64,000 nucleotides of DNA from an uncultured Polyangiaceae bacterium (lineage in GTDB: Bacteria > Myxococcota_A > Polyangia > Polyangiales > Polyangiaceae). A model generated the notes under the pieces. It did no database searches. It was given only the letters and a program-made list of their open reading frames with translations, and had not been told where the DNA came from. A program made the position numbers and the translations under genes. Each line of letters starts with the position of its first letter. The stretch's first letter is position 1. Shown here piece after piece: positions 35,621 through 45,849 of this stretch. Location: NCBI GenBank assembly GCA_938004785.1, contig CALKVW010000211.1:32642-96641 (forward strand), in the 5' to 3' direction.

Positions 35621-37024
35621 ATGCAGCTGCCTCGCCACATCTTCCGCGAATACGACATCCGCGGCGTCGCCGAGCGCGACCTCTCGAGCGAGCTCGTCGA
35701 GCGCATCGGCGCAGCCTACGCCGCGACGCTGCGCGAAGAGCTCGCCGGGCGCGCGCCGCTCGTTGCCCTGAGCCGCGACGGTCGCCTCTCGAGCCCGCGC
35801 ATCCACGCCGCGCTCGTCCGTGGGTTGCGCCACGTGGGCGCGGAGGTCGTCGACATCGGCATCGGGCCCACGCCGCAGCTCTACTTCGCGGCCTTCAGCC
35901 TCGGGACCGACGGCGCCATCCAGATCACCGGCAGCCACAACCCTGGCCCCGACAACGGGCTGAAGCTCATGCGTGGCAAGGCCTCGTTCTTCGGCGCCGA
36001 CATCCAGGCCTTGCTCGAGCGCATCGAGAAGGGCCCCGAGCCGGCCGCTGCGGCGCCTGGCTCCTACGGCGAGCGCGACGTCGCGGTCGCCTACATCGAG
36101 GAGCTGCGCCGCTCGACGCGCCTGCCCGCCTCGGCCTCCTCGATGAAGGTCGTCGTCGACGCGGGCAACGGCGCCGCTGGACCGCTCGGCTTGCGTGCGT
36201 TGCGCGCGCTCGGGCTCGACGTCGACCCGCTCTACTGCGACATCGACGGGAATTTCCCGAACCACCACCCCGACCCGACCCTTCCAGAGAACCTCGTCGC
36301 CTTGCGCGAGCGCGTGCTCTCGACGGGCGCCAAGCTCGGGCTCGCCTGGGACGGCGACGGCGATCGCCTCGGCGCGATCGACGAGCACGGCGAGATCGTC
36401 TGGGGCGACAAGCTCATGATCCTCTTCTCGCGGGCGCTGCTCGCCGAGCATCCGGGCGCGACGATCCTGGGCGAGGTCAAATGCTCCGAGACGCTCTTCG
36501 ACGACGTGCGCGCGCGCGGCGGGCGCGTGCTCTACGCGCGCACGGGCCACTCGCTCATCAAGTCGATGATGAAGGCCGAGGGCGCGCTGCTCGCTGGTGA
36601 GATGAGCGGCCACCTCTTCTTCGCCGATCGCTGGCTCGGCTTCGACGACGGCATCTATGCGGCGCTGCGCCTGCTCGAGATCGTCGCGCAGCACCAGAAG
36701 GGGCTCGGCGAGCTGCTCGGCGACGTGCCCCGCACCTACGCCACGCCGGAGATCCGCGTCGACGTCGCGGACGAGCACAAGTTCGAGGTCGTCGCCAAGG
36801 TGCGCGCTCACTTCGAGGCGAGCCACCCCGTGCTCGCGATCGACGGCGCGCGCATCGACTTCGGCGACGGCGCCTGGGGCCTCTGCCGCGCCTCGAATAC
36901 GCAGCCGGTGCTCGTGCTGCGCTTCGAGGCGAAGAGCGAGCCTCGCCTCGCCGAGATCCGCGCCGAGGTCGAGGCCGCCGTGCAGGCCGCCGGCGGGTCC
37001 CTCCAGCCGAGCCAGGCTCATTGA
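35621..37024 (+). CDS. manB: Phosphomannomutase/phosphoglucomutase (alpha-D-phosphohexomutase family)
   Basis: Active-site Ser loop TGSHNP. Mg site DGDGDR. Sugar-binding GEMSGH. Confidence 0.9.
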   Translation: MQLPRHIFREYDIRGVAERDLSSELVERIGAAYAATLREELAGRAPLVALSRDGRLSSPRIHAALVRGLRHVGAEVVDIGIGPTPQLYFAAFSLGTDGAIQITGSHNPGPDNGLKLMRGKASFFGADIQALLERIEKGPEPAAAAPGSYGERDVAVAYIEELRRSTRLPASASSMKVVVDAGNGAAGPLGLRALRALGLDVDPLYCDIDGNFPNHHPDPTLPENLVALRERVLSTGAKLGLAWDGDGDRLGAIDEHGEIVWGDKLMILFSRALLAEHPGATILGEVKCSETLFDDVRARGGRVLYARTGHSLIKSMMKAEGALLAGEMSGHLFFADRWLGFDDGIYAALRLLEIVAQHQKGLGELLGDVPRTYATPEIRVDVADEHKFEVVAKVRAHFEASHPVLAIDGARIDFGDGAWGLCRASNTQPVLVLRFEAKSEPRLAEIRAEVEAAVQAAGGSLQPSQAH

Positions 37025-37917
37025 GCGCCGAGGCCTGGACGATCCGCCGCGTGCTGGCGTGGGCGGCCGACGATCTGAGGGCGCGCGACAGCGACACGCC
37101 CAGGCTCGACGCCGAGCTCATGCTCGCGCACGTGCTCGGCTCCACGCGCATCCAGCTCATCCTCGACTCGGAGCGACCGCTCCTGCCGGACGAGCTCGCC
37201 GGCTACCGCGAGCTCCACAAACGCAGGCGCGCCGGCGAGCCCGTCGCCTACCTGCGCGGCGAGCGTGAGTTCTGGGGGCTGCCTTTCAGGGTCGACAAAC
37301 GCGTGCTCGTGCCGAGGCCCGACACCGAGATCCTCGTCGAGGTCGCGCTCCGGCGCACCGAGGCGAGCTCGCTCGGCGGCCACGCGCTCGATCTCTGCAC
37401 CGGCTCGGGCTGCGTCGCGATCGCCTTCGCGCACGAGCGCCCCACCTGGAAGGTGCTCGGCACCGACATCTCCGAAGGCGCGCTCGAGGTCGCGCGGGAC
37501 AACGCGCAGCGCCTCGGCGTGGTGCCGCACACCTGGTTCCGCGCCTCGGATCTCTACGCCGACCTCGGCCTCGAGGCGCCGCGCTTCGAGCTCATCACCG
37601 CGAACCCGCCCTACATCCCGAAGGTCGACGCGCACGAGCTCGCCGGCAACATCCGCGACTTCGAGCCGCACGTGGCGCTCTTCGGTGGCGACGACGGCTA
37701 CGAGATCACGAGGCGCATCATCGACGAAGCGCCCGCGTACCTCCGACCCGGCGGCGTGCTCGCGATGGAGCTCGGCGCGGGCCAGGCCCCGGAGGTCGAG
37801 CGCATGTTCACCGAGCGTGGCTTCGGCGAGGTGGAGCGCAGCAAGGATCTCGCCGGGCTCGAGCGCGTGGTGAGCGGCGTGTGGCCGGGGGAGAGCGCGG
37901 GCGGCGAAGGTGGCTGA
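37021..37917 (+). CDS. prmC: Release factor glutamine N5-methyltransferase PrmC (HemK)
   Basis: NPPY motif (ITANPPYIP). SAM motif LDLCTGSGCVA. Start overlaps the manB stop. Confidence 0.9.
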   Translation: MSAEAWTIRRVLAWAADDLRARDSDTPRLDAELMLAHVLGSTRIQLILDSERPLLPDELAGYRELHKRRRAGEPVAYLRGEREFWGLPFRVDKRVLVPRPDTEILVEVALRRTEASSLGGHALDLCTGSGCVAIAFAHERPTWKVLGTDISEGALEVARDNAQRLGVVPHTWFRASDLYADLGLEAPRFELITANPPYIPKVDAHELAGNIRDFEPHVALFGGDDGYEITRRIIDEAPAYLRPGGVLAMELGAGQAPEVERMFTERGFGEVERSKDLAGLERVVSGVWPGESAGGEGG

Positions 37918-37935
37918 GGCGAGAGGAGCAGCGCG

Positions 37936-38640
37936 ATGATCGACGTCGTACTCGAAGGTCCGGGCAAGAACGCGCTGGGCACGGCCGTCATGAAGAAGGC
38001 CCTCGAGGCCGTGCGCGGCGCGGGCAACGAGCCCTTGCTCGTCACCGGCGCGGGCGACGCCTTCAGCGCGGGGCTCGATCTGCGCGAGGTCGCGGGCCTC
38101 GACGCCGAGGGGCTCGGCCGCTACCTCGACCTGCTCGACGAGCTCGTGCTCGCGCTCTTCCACCACCCGGCGCCCACGGTCGCCGCCATCCAAGGCCACG
38201 CCATCGCGGGTGGTTGTGTGATCGCGATGTGCTGCGACCACCGCGTGATGACGACCGAGCCACGCGCCAAGATCGGCCTCAACGAGGTCGCGCTCGGCCT
38301 CTTGTTCCCACCTCGGGTGCTCGCGCTCGCCAAAGCGCGGCTCTCGGTCACGGCGCAGCGTCGAGTCTTGCTGGGCGCGGGGCTCTACACCTCGAAAGAC
38401 GCATTGGCGCTCGGCCTCTGCGACGAGCTCGCCGACGACGCCGTCGCCGCAGGGCGCACGCGCCTCGCAGAGCTCGCCGCGCACCCGCGCGAGGTCTACG
38501 CGCTCACCAAGGAGCTGCTCCAGAAGGGCCAGCTCGAGCTCGAACCCGCCGAGCTCGACCATTACCGCGCCGTGGTGCTGCCGAGGTGGACCTCGCCCGA
38601 GCTCCGCGCGGCGCTCGCGGCGAAGCTCGCGAAGAAGTAG
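37936..38640 (+). CDS. Enoyl-CoA hydratase/isomerase (crotonase) family protein
   Basis: Crotonase fold blocks GAGDAFSAGLDL, AAIQGHAIAGGCVIAMCCDHRV. Confidence 0.85.
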   Translation: MIDVVLEGPGKNALGTAVMKKALEAVRGAGNEPLLVTGAGDAFSAGLDLREVAGLDAEGLGRYLDLLDELVLALFHHPAPTVAAIQGHAIAGGCVIAMCCDHRVMTTEPRAKIGLNEVALGLLFPPRVLALAKARLSVTAQRRVLLGAGLYTSKDALALGLCDELADDAVAAGRTRLAELAAHPREVYALTKELLQKGQLELEPAELDHYRAVVLPRWTSPELRAALAAKLAKK

Positions 38641-38674
38641 GCGCCGCGAGAGAGGCGCCTGAGCCGCGCCTGCG

Positions 38675-39895
38675 TCAGATCCCCACGCAACCCCACGGGG
38701 TCGGCATCGCATTGGCGGTGCAAGCGGGCAGGTTCGCCGCGCCCGTACCCATCGGAGCGCCGAGGTTGGGCCACGCGACGGGCGGCGGAACCGCATTCAG
38801 GCCCGGTACGCACAGGCCCATGAGCACCGAGCTGCCCGAGGGGCAGGAGCTCGCCGCGGGGCCCAGGCCGGCAACCGGGTCGGTGCGCACGCGGTAGCCG
38901 TGGCGCCACAGGTTCACGAGCTCGCTCTCCGGCACGTAGGCGAAGCCGCCGTCGGCCCAATCTCGGCCCCACGAGTTCTGGAAGATGTATTCGCGCCCGA
39001 AGGGGCCAGGCCGATAACCGACGATGACCACGGCGTGCGCCGACTCGGGGTACGTCGTGGGCGGCAGCAAGGAGCCGCGGTTGTTCTCGAGCGAGCTCCA
39101 TACGGCGCGCTCGAAGGCGAGCGAAGCCCACACGGCCTCGCCATCCGCGAGCAGCGCCGCGAGCTGCACCGGGTCGAGCGGCGCGCGGATCTCCTCGAGC
39201 GCCGTGACGGGCACACGGCCGTGCTGATCGGCGCGCTGCCGCTCACCCACGAGCTGAGGGCTCTGGCGCCACGAGTCGTAGGGAACGCCGTAGTACGACG
39301 AGCAGCCCTCGGCGAAGCTCGAGCTCGCGAAGGCGCAGGCGCGCGCCGGGTCGTAGGGCCACACCTCCTCGCCGGTGATGTAGCGGCCACGCAGGGCGCC
39401 GAGATCGGCCTGCTCGGAGTAGCTCGCGAAGACGTGCAGCGGCGAGCTCACGTCACTCCGACCCAAACGACGGCTCAGGTTGTCGAGCACGCTCGAGACC
39501 GCGAAGCCCGCGCAGGCGCCGACCTGGGCTTGGTCTTTCACCGGCCCGACCAGGCCGCGCCAGCGCAGATCGCTCGTGGCAGGCAACGCAGCCGCCGCGA
39601 CCGCGCGTGGGATGTAGACGCTCGCCCCCGAGGCCCTGCGCAGCGCCGCGCAGTCGATCAGCGCGGCCGCCTCGGGAGGCAACCACGGCGGTGGGCAGGG
39701 CGCGTCGGGTGGGATCGCGTTCGCGAGCGCGCCGAGCACACCTGGCGGCACGGGCAGACCCACCGGCCCCGCCGAGGGCTGCGCGCCCTGCGGGGCGTAG
39801 CCGCCCTGCGGATGGGTCGCCGCCTCGTTCGTGCCTGCGCAGGCCGCGGTGAGCAGCGCGAGCATGCAGGCCGACGTCGATCGAGCGGGGCGCAT
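38675..39895 (-). CDS. Secreted papain-like (C1 family) cysteine peptidase
   Basis: Signal peptide. Catalytic triad context: DQAQVGACAGFA (Gln/Cys), HAVVIVGY (His), NSWGRDW (Asn/Trp). Confidence 0.8.
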   Translation of the reverse strand: MRPARSTSACMLALLTAACAGTNEAATHPQGGYAPQGAQPSAGPVGLPVPPGVLGALANAIPPDAPCPPPWLPPEAAALIDCAALRRASGASVYIPRAVAAAALPATSDLRWRGLVGPVKDQAQVGACAGFAVSSVLDNLSRRLGRSDVSSPLHVFASYSEQADLGALRGRYITGEEVWPYDPARACAFASSSFAEGCSSYYGVPYDSWRQSPQLVGERQRADQHGRVPVTALEEIRAPLDPVQLAALLADGEAVWASLAFERAVWSSLENNRGSLLPPTTYPESAHAVVIVGYRPGPFGREYIFQNSWGRDWADGGFAYVPESELVNLWRHGYRVRTDPVAGLGPAASSCPSGSSVLMGLCVPGLNAVPPPVAWPNLGAPMGTGAANLPACTANAMPTPWGCVGI

Positions 39896-40086
39896 GCCTG
39901 TCGTACACGAAGAGCACCGAGGGCATTCCTCGGCAGCGCGTCAGAACCGTGCCAGCGGGCGAGGCGGCTACGTGGTGCGCCGACGCGAGCCCGAGCGTGG
40001 CTGGACCGCAGCTCGGTACGCCGGGGACCGCGCTCGGCGCGAGAGCGGCACGTCGACGCAACCAGGCCCGCGTGTAGCATCGCGGC

Positions 40087-40845
40087 ATGATCGGCGCGCA
40101 GGCCACGGAGCCCGAACGAACACTCACGCTGACCTACGCCGCAACGCTGCACCGGGGCGACCGTGAGGTCACCGACCTCGCCGTGCTCCTGCGGTGTGAC
40201 GGAGCCCTCGAGGACGATGACGCTCCGCGGCTCCAGGAGACTCTCGTGGACGATGCCTCGAAGCTGGTACCGCTCGAGCGGGCGAGGGCCACGCTCGTCT
40301 TGGAGGGCGAACGACTCGTCGTTCGTATGGATCTGCTCGCGGTGCGTGCCCTCGAAGACTCGGACCGAGAGGTCCTCTTGCTGCTCGCCAACCAGGCGAC
40401 GTCCGGCTTCTGGGGCGACCGGGTGTGCTTCGCGATCCCGGACGACCTGCTCGATACCGACGGGGAAGACACCTGGCACTACGTGCTGTGGGAGTGGTCG
40501 GCGCGAGAGCAGCTTCCCACCCCACTCGGCGATGGGCTCGCTCACCTCTCACGGACGTTCCAAGGCCTGGACATGTCACCTGAGGCGCTGGCGACGCAAC
40601 CGGACGATCGACTCGGAGCGTGGGTGACGGAGCTCCGACCCTACGAGCTCTTGCTCAGGGCGCTCGTACGCAGCCCGGACGACTTCGAGTTCGGCGAGCT
40701 CGAGAAGGCGACCGTGGTCTGGGTCGCCGCGCGGGCGGAGCTCGAGCGGCGGCGGCTCGAGCAGGTGGTTGCGAAGAGCGGCGTCCCGCGGGTGTCCGTC
40801 GATGACCTCGACGCCCTCGACGATCTTCCGCCCGACGTCTTCTGA
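40087..40845 (+). CDS. Hypothetical acidic protein
   Basis: 252 aa, Asp/Glu/Leu-rich with Trp residues. The competing minus ORF (39658..40545) is less protein-like. Frame choice is uncertain. Confidence 0.4.
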   Translation: MIGAQATEPERTLTLTYAATLHRGDREVTDLAVLLRCDGALEDDDAPRLQETLVDDASKLVPLERARATLVLEGERLVVRMDLLAVRALEDSDREVLLLLANQATSGFWGDRVCFAIPDDLLDTDGEDTWHYVLWEWSAREQLPTPLGDGLAHLSRTFQGLDMSPEALATQPDDRLGAWVTELRPYELLLRALVRSPDDFEFGELEKATVVWVAARAELERRRLEQVVAKSGVPRVSVDDLDALDDLPPDVF

Positions 40846-40935
40846 GGCTGCGGGCCCCGAAGGCGCGTGCCCCGATGGCAGCTCAGCGCTTCCGCCCCTC
40901 CGAGGCTGAGCACCTTCGCGCGCTCGCCACCGCGC

Positions 40936-42471
40936 TCAGCCCACTTGTCGGTCGCGCCCGACCCAATAGGGCGCGCGCAGCTTGAACTTCTGAAGCTTGC
41001 CGGTCGAGGTGCGCGCGAGCTCGGTGCGCAGCTCGACGCTGGTGGGGCATTTGTAGTGGGCGATGCGCTGGCGGCAGTGCTCGATGAGCTCGCGCTCGGT
41101 GGCCGCCGCGCCGGGCGCGAGCACCACGAGGGCCTTGATGGTCTCGCCCCATTTCTCGTCGGGCACGCCGATGACCGCGACCTCGGCGACCGCGGGGTGG
41201 CTGTGCAGGGCGTCCTCGACCTCGATCGACGAGACGTTCTCGCCGCCGGTGATGATGACGTCCTTCTTGCGGTCGGAGATGCTGAGGTAACCCTCGTCGT
41301 CGAGGCTGCCCCCGTCGCCGGTGTGGAACCAGCCGTCCTCGAGCGCAGCGTCGGTCGCCGCCTGGTCTTGCCAATAGCGGTCGAGCACGACGTTGCCACG
41401 CGCGAGGATCTCGCCCTGCGCGTCGACGCGGATCGAGATGCCGAGCGCAGGCGCTCCGGCGCGGCCGAGGCGCTGCGCACGCTCCGAAGGCGACAGCGCG
41501 TCCCACTCCTCGCGTCGACGGTTGAACGTGAGCAGCGGCGAGGTCTCGGTCAGGCCGTAGATCTGGATGAGCTCCCAGCCGAGCTCGGTCTCGACGCGCT
41601 CGATCGTGCGCGTGGGCGGCGGCGCGCCCGCGACCACGAGCCGCACGCGCCCACGCCCGGGCACGACACCGCCCCAGGTCTTCGCGGCGTCGAGGATGGC
41701 GCTCACGACCGCAGGCGCGGCGCAGAGCACCGTCACCCCGTGGCGGTCGACGCGGCGGAGGATCTCGAAGCCCTGCACCTTGCGCAGCACGATCTGCCGC
41801 GCGCCCATGCCCGCGAGCACGAAGGGCATGCCCCAGCCATTGGCGTGGAACGTGGGCAGCGTATGCAGGTACACGTCGCGGTCGTTCACGCCGAGGTGCA
41901 GGCCGAAGGTCGTCGCGTTGACCCAGAGGTTCCGGTGCGTGAGCTGCACGCCCTTCGGCCGCGCGGTCGTGCCGCTGGTGTAGTTGATCGTCGCCGTCGC
42001 GTTCTCGTCGCGTGGCCAAGGCGTGGGAGCCGCCGTCGCCCGGTGCAGGAGCGCGTCGGACTCCTCGCCGAGCACCGCGCGGCGCTCGCAGGGCACCTCG
42101 GCGAGCTCGGCGTCGAGGTCGGCGTCGACGAGCAGGAGGCGCGCCCCCGAGTGCTCGACGATGTAGCGGATCTCCGCCGGGCTCAGGCGGAAGTTGATCG
42201 GCACGAGCACCCGCCCCGCCGCGGTCACGCCGTAGAGCGCGAGCAAGAGGCGCGCCGAGTTGTGTGCCACGATCGCCACGCGCTCGCCGAAGCCGATGCC
42301 GAGCGCGTCGAGGCTCGCCCCGTAGCTCTGCGCCAGGGCCGCGACGTCGCGATAGAGCAGCGCGCCCAGACCAGGCGCGGGCTGCTCCGGCTCGTCGACG
42401 ACGCCGACGCGCTGTCCGTACACGAGCGCCGCGCGCTCGAGGAAGTCGGCCGTGGTCATCGGTACGTGCAT
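40936..42471 (-). CDS. AMP-dependent acyl-CoA synthetase/ligase
   Basis: Internal start MHVPMTTADF. AMP-binding motif INYTSGTTARPKG. Hinge/A8 motifs GWFHTGDGG and ISDRKKDVIITGGENV. C-terminal Lys in GKLQKFKLR. The upstream 200 codons of the ORF are Pro-rich junk. Confidence 0.85.
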   Translation of the reverse strand: MHVPMTTADFLERAALVYGQRVGVVDEPEQPAPGLGALLYRDVAALAQSYGASLDALGIGFGERVAIVAHNSARLLLALYGVTAAGRVLVPINFRLSPAEIRYIVEHSGARLLLVDADLDAELAEVPCERRAVLGEESDALLHRATAAPTPWPRDENATATINYTSGTTARPKGVQLTHRNLWVNATTFGLHLGVNDRDVYLHTLPTFHANGWGMPFVLAGMGARQIVLRKVQGFEILRRVDRHGVTVLCAAPAVVSAILDAAKTWGGVVPGRGRVRLVVAGAPPPTRTIERVETELGWELIQIYGLTETSPLLTFNRRREEWDALSPSERAQRLGRAGAPALGISIRVDAQGEILARGNVVLDRYWQDQAATDAALEDGWFHTGDGGSLDDEGYLSISDRKKDVIITGGENVSSIEVEDALHSHPAVAEVAVIGVPDEKWGETIKALVVLAPGAAATERELIEHCRQRIAHYKCPTSVELRTELARTSTGKLQKFKLRAPYWVGRDRQVG

Positions 42472-42556
42472 GGACCAAGCGTCCGAGCCTCGGGCCGGAC
42501 CGTCAAGCGTGCCCCGCGAGCTCCCCGTGCGGGTGCGCGCCGTGTAGGATCGCCCC

Positions 42557-43582
42557 ATGGCTCGATCCAAGCTCGGCGTCGCACTGATCGTCACGCTGCT
42601 CACGGCCTGCGGTGACGACGGCGGCTCGGGCGGTGCAGGCGCGGGCGGCCAGGGTGGCGCGAGCGCGACGACGACGAGCTCGTCGAGCGCGGGTGGCGGC
42701 GGCACGGGCACGGGCGCCGGCGGCAGCGGGGGAGAGGGCGGCTCGTACGTCGGTGTGAATCCACTCGAGGGCGCCGCAGCCGTGCAGCTCGTCCAGGGAG
42801 GTTTCGGCTTCACCGAGGGCACGGTGTGGGTGCCCGCGCTCGGCGTGCTGCGTTTCTCGGACATCCCCGCGAGCCGCATCCACCAATACGATCCCTCGAC
42901 CGACGGCCTGAGCGTGTGGCGCGAGCCCTCGGGCAATACGAATGGCAGCGCGCTCGCGCCGAACGGCGATCTGATCATGTGCGAGCACTCGGGCCGGCGC
43001 ATCTCGCGTTCGCCCGCCGCGGGCTCGCCGGCGCCGACGCCCGTGGCGACCGAGTACCAGAGCGGCGCGTTCAACTCACCGAACGACGCGATCGTGCGCA
43101 GCGACGGGCAGATCTACTTCACGGATCCGACCTACGGGCTCGGCAACCAGACGCCCGAGCTCGGTTTTCGCGGCGTATTCCGGGTCGACGGCCAGGGCAC
43201 CGTTCATCTGGTCGACGACGCCTACCAGCAACCCAATGGCATCGCGCTCTCGCCCGACGAGACGAAGCTCTACGTGAGCGACTCCGCCGCGGGCGACGTC
43301 TACGTCTACGAGGTCGCGCCGGACGGATCGACCGGGCCGCGCGCGCTCTTCGTCGAGCTCGGCCCCTCCGACGGCATGGCGGTCGACGACGCCGGCAACC
43401 TCTACTTCACGACCTCGAATGGCATCGAGGTCCACGCCGCGGACGGCAGCCCCTGGGGCACGCTCGCGGTGCCCGAGCAGCCCGCGAACTGCGCCTTCGG
43501 CGACGAGGATCGGCGTACGCTCTACATCACGGCGCGCACGGGGCTCTACCGCGTCCGGCTCGCGATCCCGGGCAAGCCCTGA
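42557..43582 (+). CDS. SMP-30/gluconolactonase/LRE-like beta-propeller lipoprotein
   Basis: Lipobox LTACG. Gly-rich linker. TEG(T/P)VW, NG, DG and F(T/S)D repeats typical of SGL six-bladed propellers. Confidence 0.8.
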   Translation: MARSKLGVALIVTLLTACGDDGGSGGAGAGGQGGASATTTSSSSAGGGGTGTGAGGSGGEGGSYVGVNPLEGAAAVQLVQGGFGFTEGTVWVPALGVLRFSDIPASRIHQYDPSTDGLSVWREPSGNTNGSALAPNGDLIMCEHSGRRISRSPAAGSPAPTPVATEYQSGAFNSPNDAIVRSDGQIYFTDPTYGLGNQTPELGFRGVFRVDGQGTVHLVDDAYQQPNGIALSPDETKLYVSDSAAGDVYVYEVAPDGSTGPRALFVELGPSDGMAVDDAGNLYFTTSNGIEVHAADGSPWGTLAVPEQPANCAFGDEDRRTLYITARTGLYRVRLAIPGKP

Positions 43583-43628
43583 TCAACCGCGCCGCGCGCG
43601 CACCGCGACACACGGCCTCGCCGCGCGC

Positions 43629-44855
43629 TCAACGGAGGGTGTCGAGGTCCACGTAGAAAGAGTCGGTGAGCGGCCCGAGCGTGGGGTGCGCGGCGAAGTC
43701 GGCGAGCTTGGGTGGGCCCTCGCCAGCGGCGATCGTGAGCTCGAGCGCGACTCCGCGATCGTGGCGTTCGTCTCGGTCGGAGAGATGCAGCAAGTCGGGC
43801 CACAGCGCGACGAGACGCGCCGCGGCTGCGCGGCCCTCCCCCTCACGGAAGGCGAGCGCGAGCAGCTTGCGCCCCGCGAGCTCGATCTCGCCGGCTTCGC
43901 CCTCGGCGAATCCCGAAGCGCTGCCATAGCTCCGGAGCACGTGCGCACGCAGCGACGTGGCGTCGTACGGGACGCCCGCATAAGCGAGCGCCCGGAAGCC
44001 GAGAGGCCCGCCGGGCGGCCCCTCGAGGTGGAGGTACACACCATTGCCCGGCGGCACCACCCTGAGCTCCCCGGGCACGTGCGCCGAGAGCCAGCGACGC
44101 TCCCCGTAGCGCGCCATCGGACCCTCGAGCGAGTAGGTGGCGGGCACAGCGCGCCCCTCGGGCGCGAGCACGAGGCCCGCTTGCAGGAGCAAGTCGCGCA
44201 TCATCGCGAAATGGAGCGGCGTACCGCGCTCGATGGAGCGCCCCCATTTGCCAATCTCGCCATCTGGGGGCGGGACTTGGACCGACTCTCCGCCGCGCGC
44301 GTTTCGCTCGGCGACGATCTTGCCGAGCCTCGCGCGATGGTCGGCGTGCCCGCCCACGACCCGGAGGTAGTCCATGGCGTCGACCTCGACCTGGCCGAAC
44401 AGCGTGCTCTTCCCGTCGTGCGCGCCCCACACGTCGAAGCGCCGGGCCGGGCGTGGCGCCTGTGCCGTCAGGCGCAGCTCCACGTGGTGCGTCTTCTTCA
44501 GCCAGCCGTGCTCCATGATGCGCGCGAAGTCGGTGCTGGAGCGCTCGACGCGCTGTGGCGGCATGCCGACCCCCGCCGACGTCACGTGGTCGAGGCCGTT
44601 CATCGCGGCGACGAGGGCGCGCAGCTCGTCGCCACCCTCCACGACCTCGGCGAGGTACGGAGGCTCGCTGGCGATGCGCAGGCGCCCGAGCGGGGTGGCC
44701 TCGAAGCTCGTCGGGTCGATGCGCATCACGTCGCGCAGCTCGGGAGCGGGCGCGCTCGCCGAGGCAGTAGGGGCGCCGCTGCCCGAGGGCGCGGGCGCGG
44801 GGTCGGGGCTGCAAGCGAGCAGCGCGAGGACGATCACAGCCGAGACCTGTCGCAT
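43629..44855 (-). CDS. Lipoprotein, function unknown
   Basis: Internal start MRQVSAVIVLALLACS (lipobox). Coding-like composition (His/Tyr/Trp/Asp). N-terminal 34 codons of the ORF are junk. Confidence 0.55.
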   Translation of the reverse strand: MRQVSAVIVLALLACSPDPAPAPSGSGAPTASASAPAPELRDVMRIDPTSFEATPLGRLRIASEPPYLAEVVEGGDELRALVAAMNGLDHVTSAGVGMPPQRVERSSTDFARIMEHGWLKKTHHVELRLTAQAPRPARRFDVWGAHDGKSTLFGQVEVDAMDYLRVVGGHADHRARLGKIVAERNARGGESVQVPPPDGEIGKWGRSIERGTPLHFAMMRDLLLQAGLVLAPEGRAVPATYSLEGPMARYGERRWLSAHVPGELRVVPPGNGVYLHLEGPPGGPLGFRALAYAGVPYDATSLRAHVLRSYGSASGFAEGEAGEIELAGRKLLALAFREGEGRAAAARLVALWPDLLHLSDRDERHDRGVALELTIAAGEGPPKLADFAAHPTLGPLTDSFYVDLDTLR

Positions 44856-45031
44856 GGCTCCTCCAGACGTGTGGTCGCGCAGGACGATCTGTCGCCCCCG
44901 TGGTGTGCGATCGCGGCACGCTCTCCCGGAGCGCGCCGAGCGATCACGGAGGCTCATGCTACTGCGGACGGCGCCGCGTGCGCGCTTGGAGCTTTCGGAG
45001 CCTCAGGCGCGCCGCTAGTCTGACGGGCCGC

Positions 45032-45835
45032 ATGCACCCGCGATCGGCACGCACGGCCGCCTCTCATGGGTTTCGGCGCCTCGTCGTCGCCGCGGCGGCT
45101 GCGTCTTTCGTCGGCTGCGTGGGCGCGCGCCCCGAGCTCGTGAGCATGCCCAACGACGGCGAAGACCCGACGGAGCTCGCGCGCTGCCGCGTCGCCGCGA
45201 GCCAGGAGCAGCCGCTCGTCACCGAGTGGCCGGCCTCGTACAAAGCGCGGCTCGAGGCGCTGCTCTCGGGAGGCGCGGTGGCGGTCGAGTACTCCGGCTG
45301 CGAGCTACGCATCGTGGATCGCTGCGAGCTTGCCGGCAGCTACGCGTGGAAGAAGACGACGCTCTCCACCGACTCCACCGAGATCCGCGACGAAGACGAG
45401 CTCTACGCCAAGCTGCCGCTCGGCGCCGCACTGCTCTCGGGCGATCTCAAGACCAAGGGCAGCCTGCGCGTGCAGACGACCGTCTCCGGCCACATGCAGC
45501 TCGTGGGGCGCGAGGCCACCGATCAGACGAGCGGGGCTGAGTGCAGCCGAGCGACGCACCTGGTCACCGCGCTCAGCGTCGGCGCTTTTCGCCTCGAGGC
45601 CGGCGGCGAGGCACAGGCCGGCGTCGGCGCGGAGCTCGGCCCCGTGGAGGGGCGCGCCTCGACCTCCCAGAGCCGGGCCGTGCTGCGCGCGGCCGGCGAG
45701 CCCGATCGCTGCGCGCAGGCGACCGACGCGGAGCCCGATCCCGGCTGTCGCTCGCCGATCCAGATCTTCCTCTCGCCGATCCGGCGCTCGGTGCCGCTCG
45801 GGGTGCTCTCGCCGCTGCCGAGCGAGGGCGACTGA
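45032..45835 (+). CDS. Lipoprotein, function unknown
   Basis: Start MHPRSARTAASHGFRRLVVAAAAASFVGC (lipobox). The region is hydrophilic and contains Cys pairs. Confidence 0.5.
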   Translation: MHPRSARTAASHGFRRLVVAAAAASFVGCVGARPELVSMPNDGEDPTELARCRVAASQEQPLVTEWPASYKARLEALLSGGAVAVEYSGCELRIVDRCELAGSYAWKKTTLSTDSTEIRDEDELYAKLPLGAALLSGDLKTKGSLRVQTTVSGHMQLVGREATDQTSGAECSRATHLVTALSVGAFRLEAGGEAQAGVGAELGPVEGRASTSQSRAVLRAAGEPDRCAQATDAEPDPGCRSPIQIFLSPIRRSVPLGVLSPLPSEGD

Positions 45836-45849
45836 GCTCGGGCCTGCGC

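Noticed and set aside
33790-37021. 416-aa (33790..35040) and 580-aa (35279..37021) minus ORFs
   Set aside because: They are antisense to the metallophosphoesterase (another minus frame) and the manB genes, with poly-Arg/Gly composition.
37018-38796. 592-aa minus ORF spanning prmC and the enoyl-CoA hydratase gene
   Set aside because: It is antisense to two well-supported plus-strand genes and has Arg/Glu/Ala low complexity.
39658-40545. 295-aa minus ORF competing with plus ORF 40087..40845
   Set aside because: Less protein-like composition than the plus-strand frame. The choice between them remains uncertain, so the plus ORF is reported at low confidence.
40883-42478. 531-aa minus ORF in an alternate frame of the acyl-CoA synthetase
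   Set aside because: Arg-rich, and the AMP-binding motifs are only in the 40936..42471 frame.
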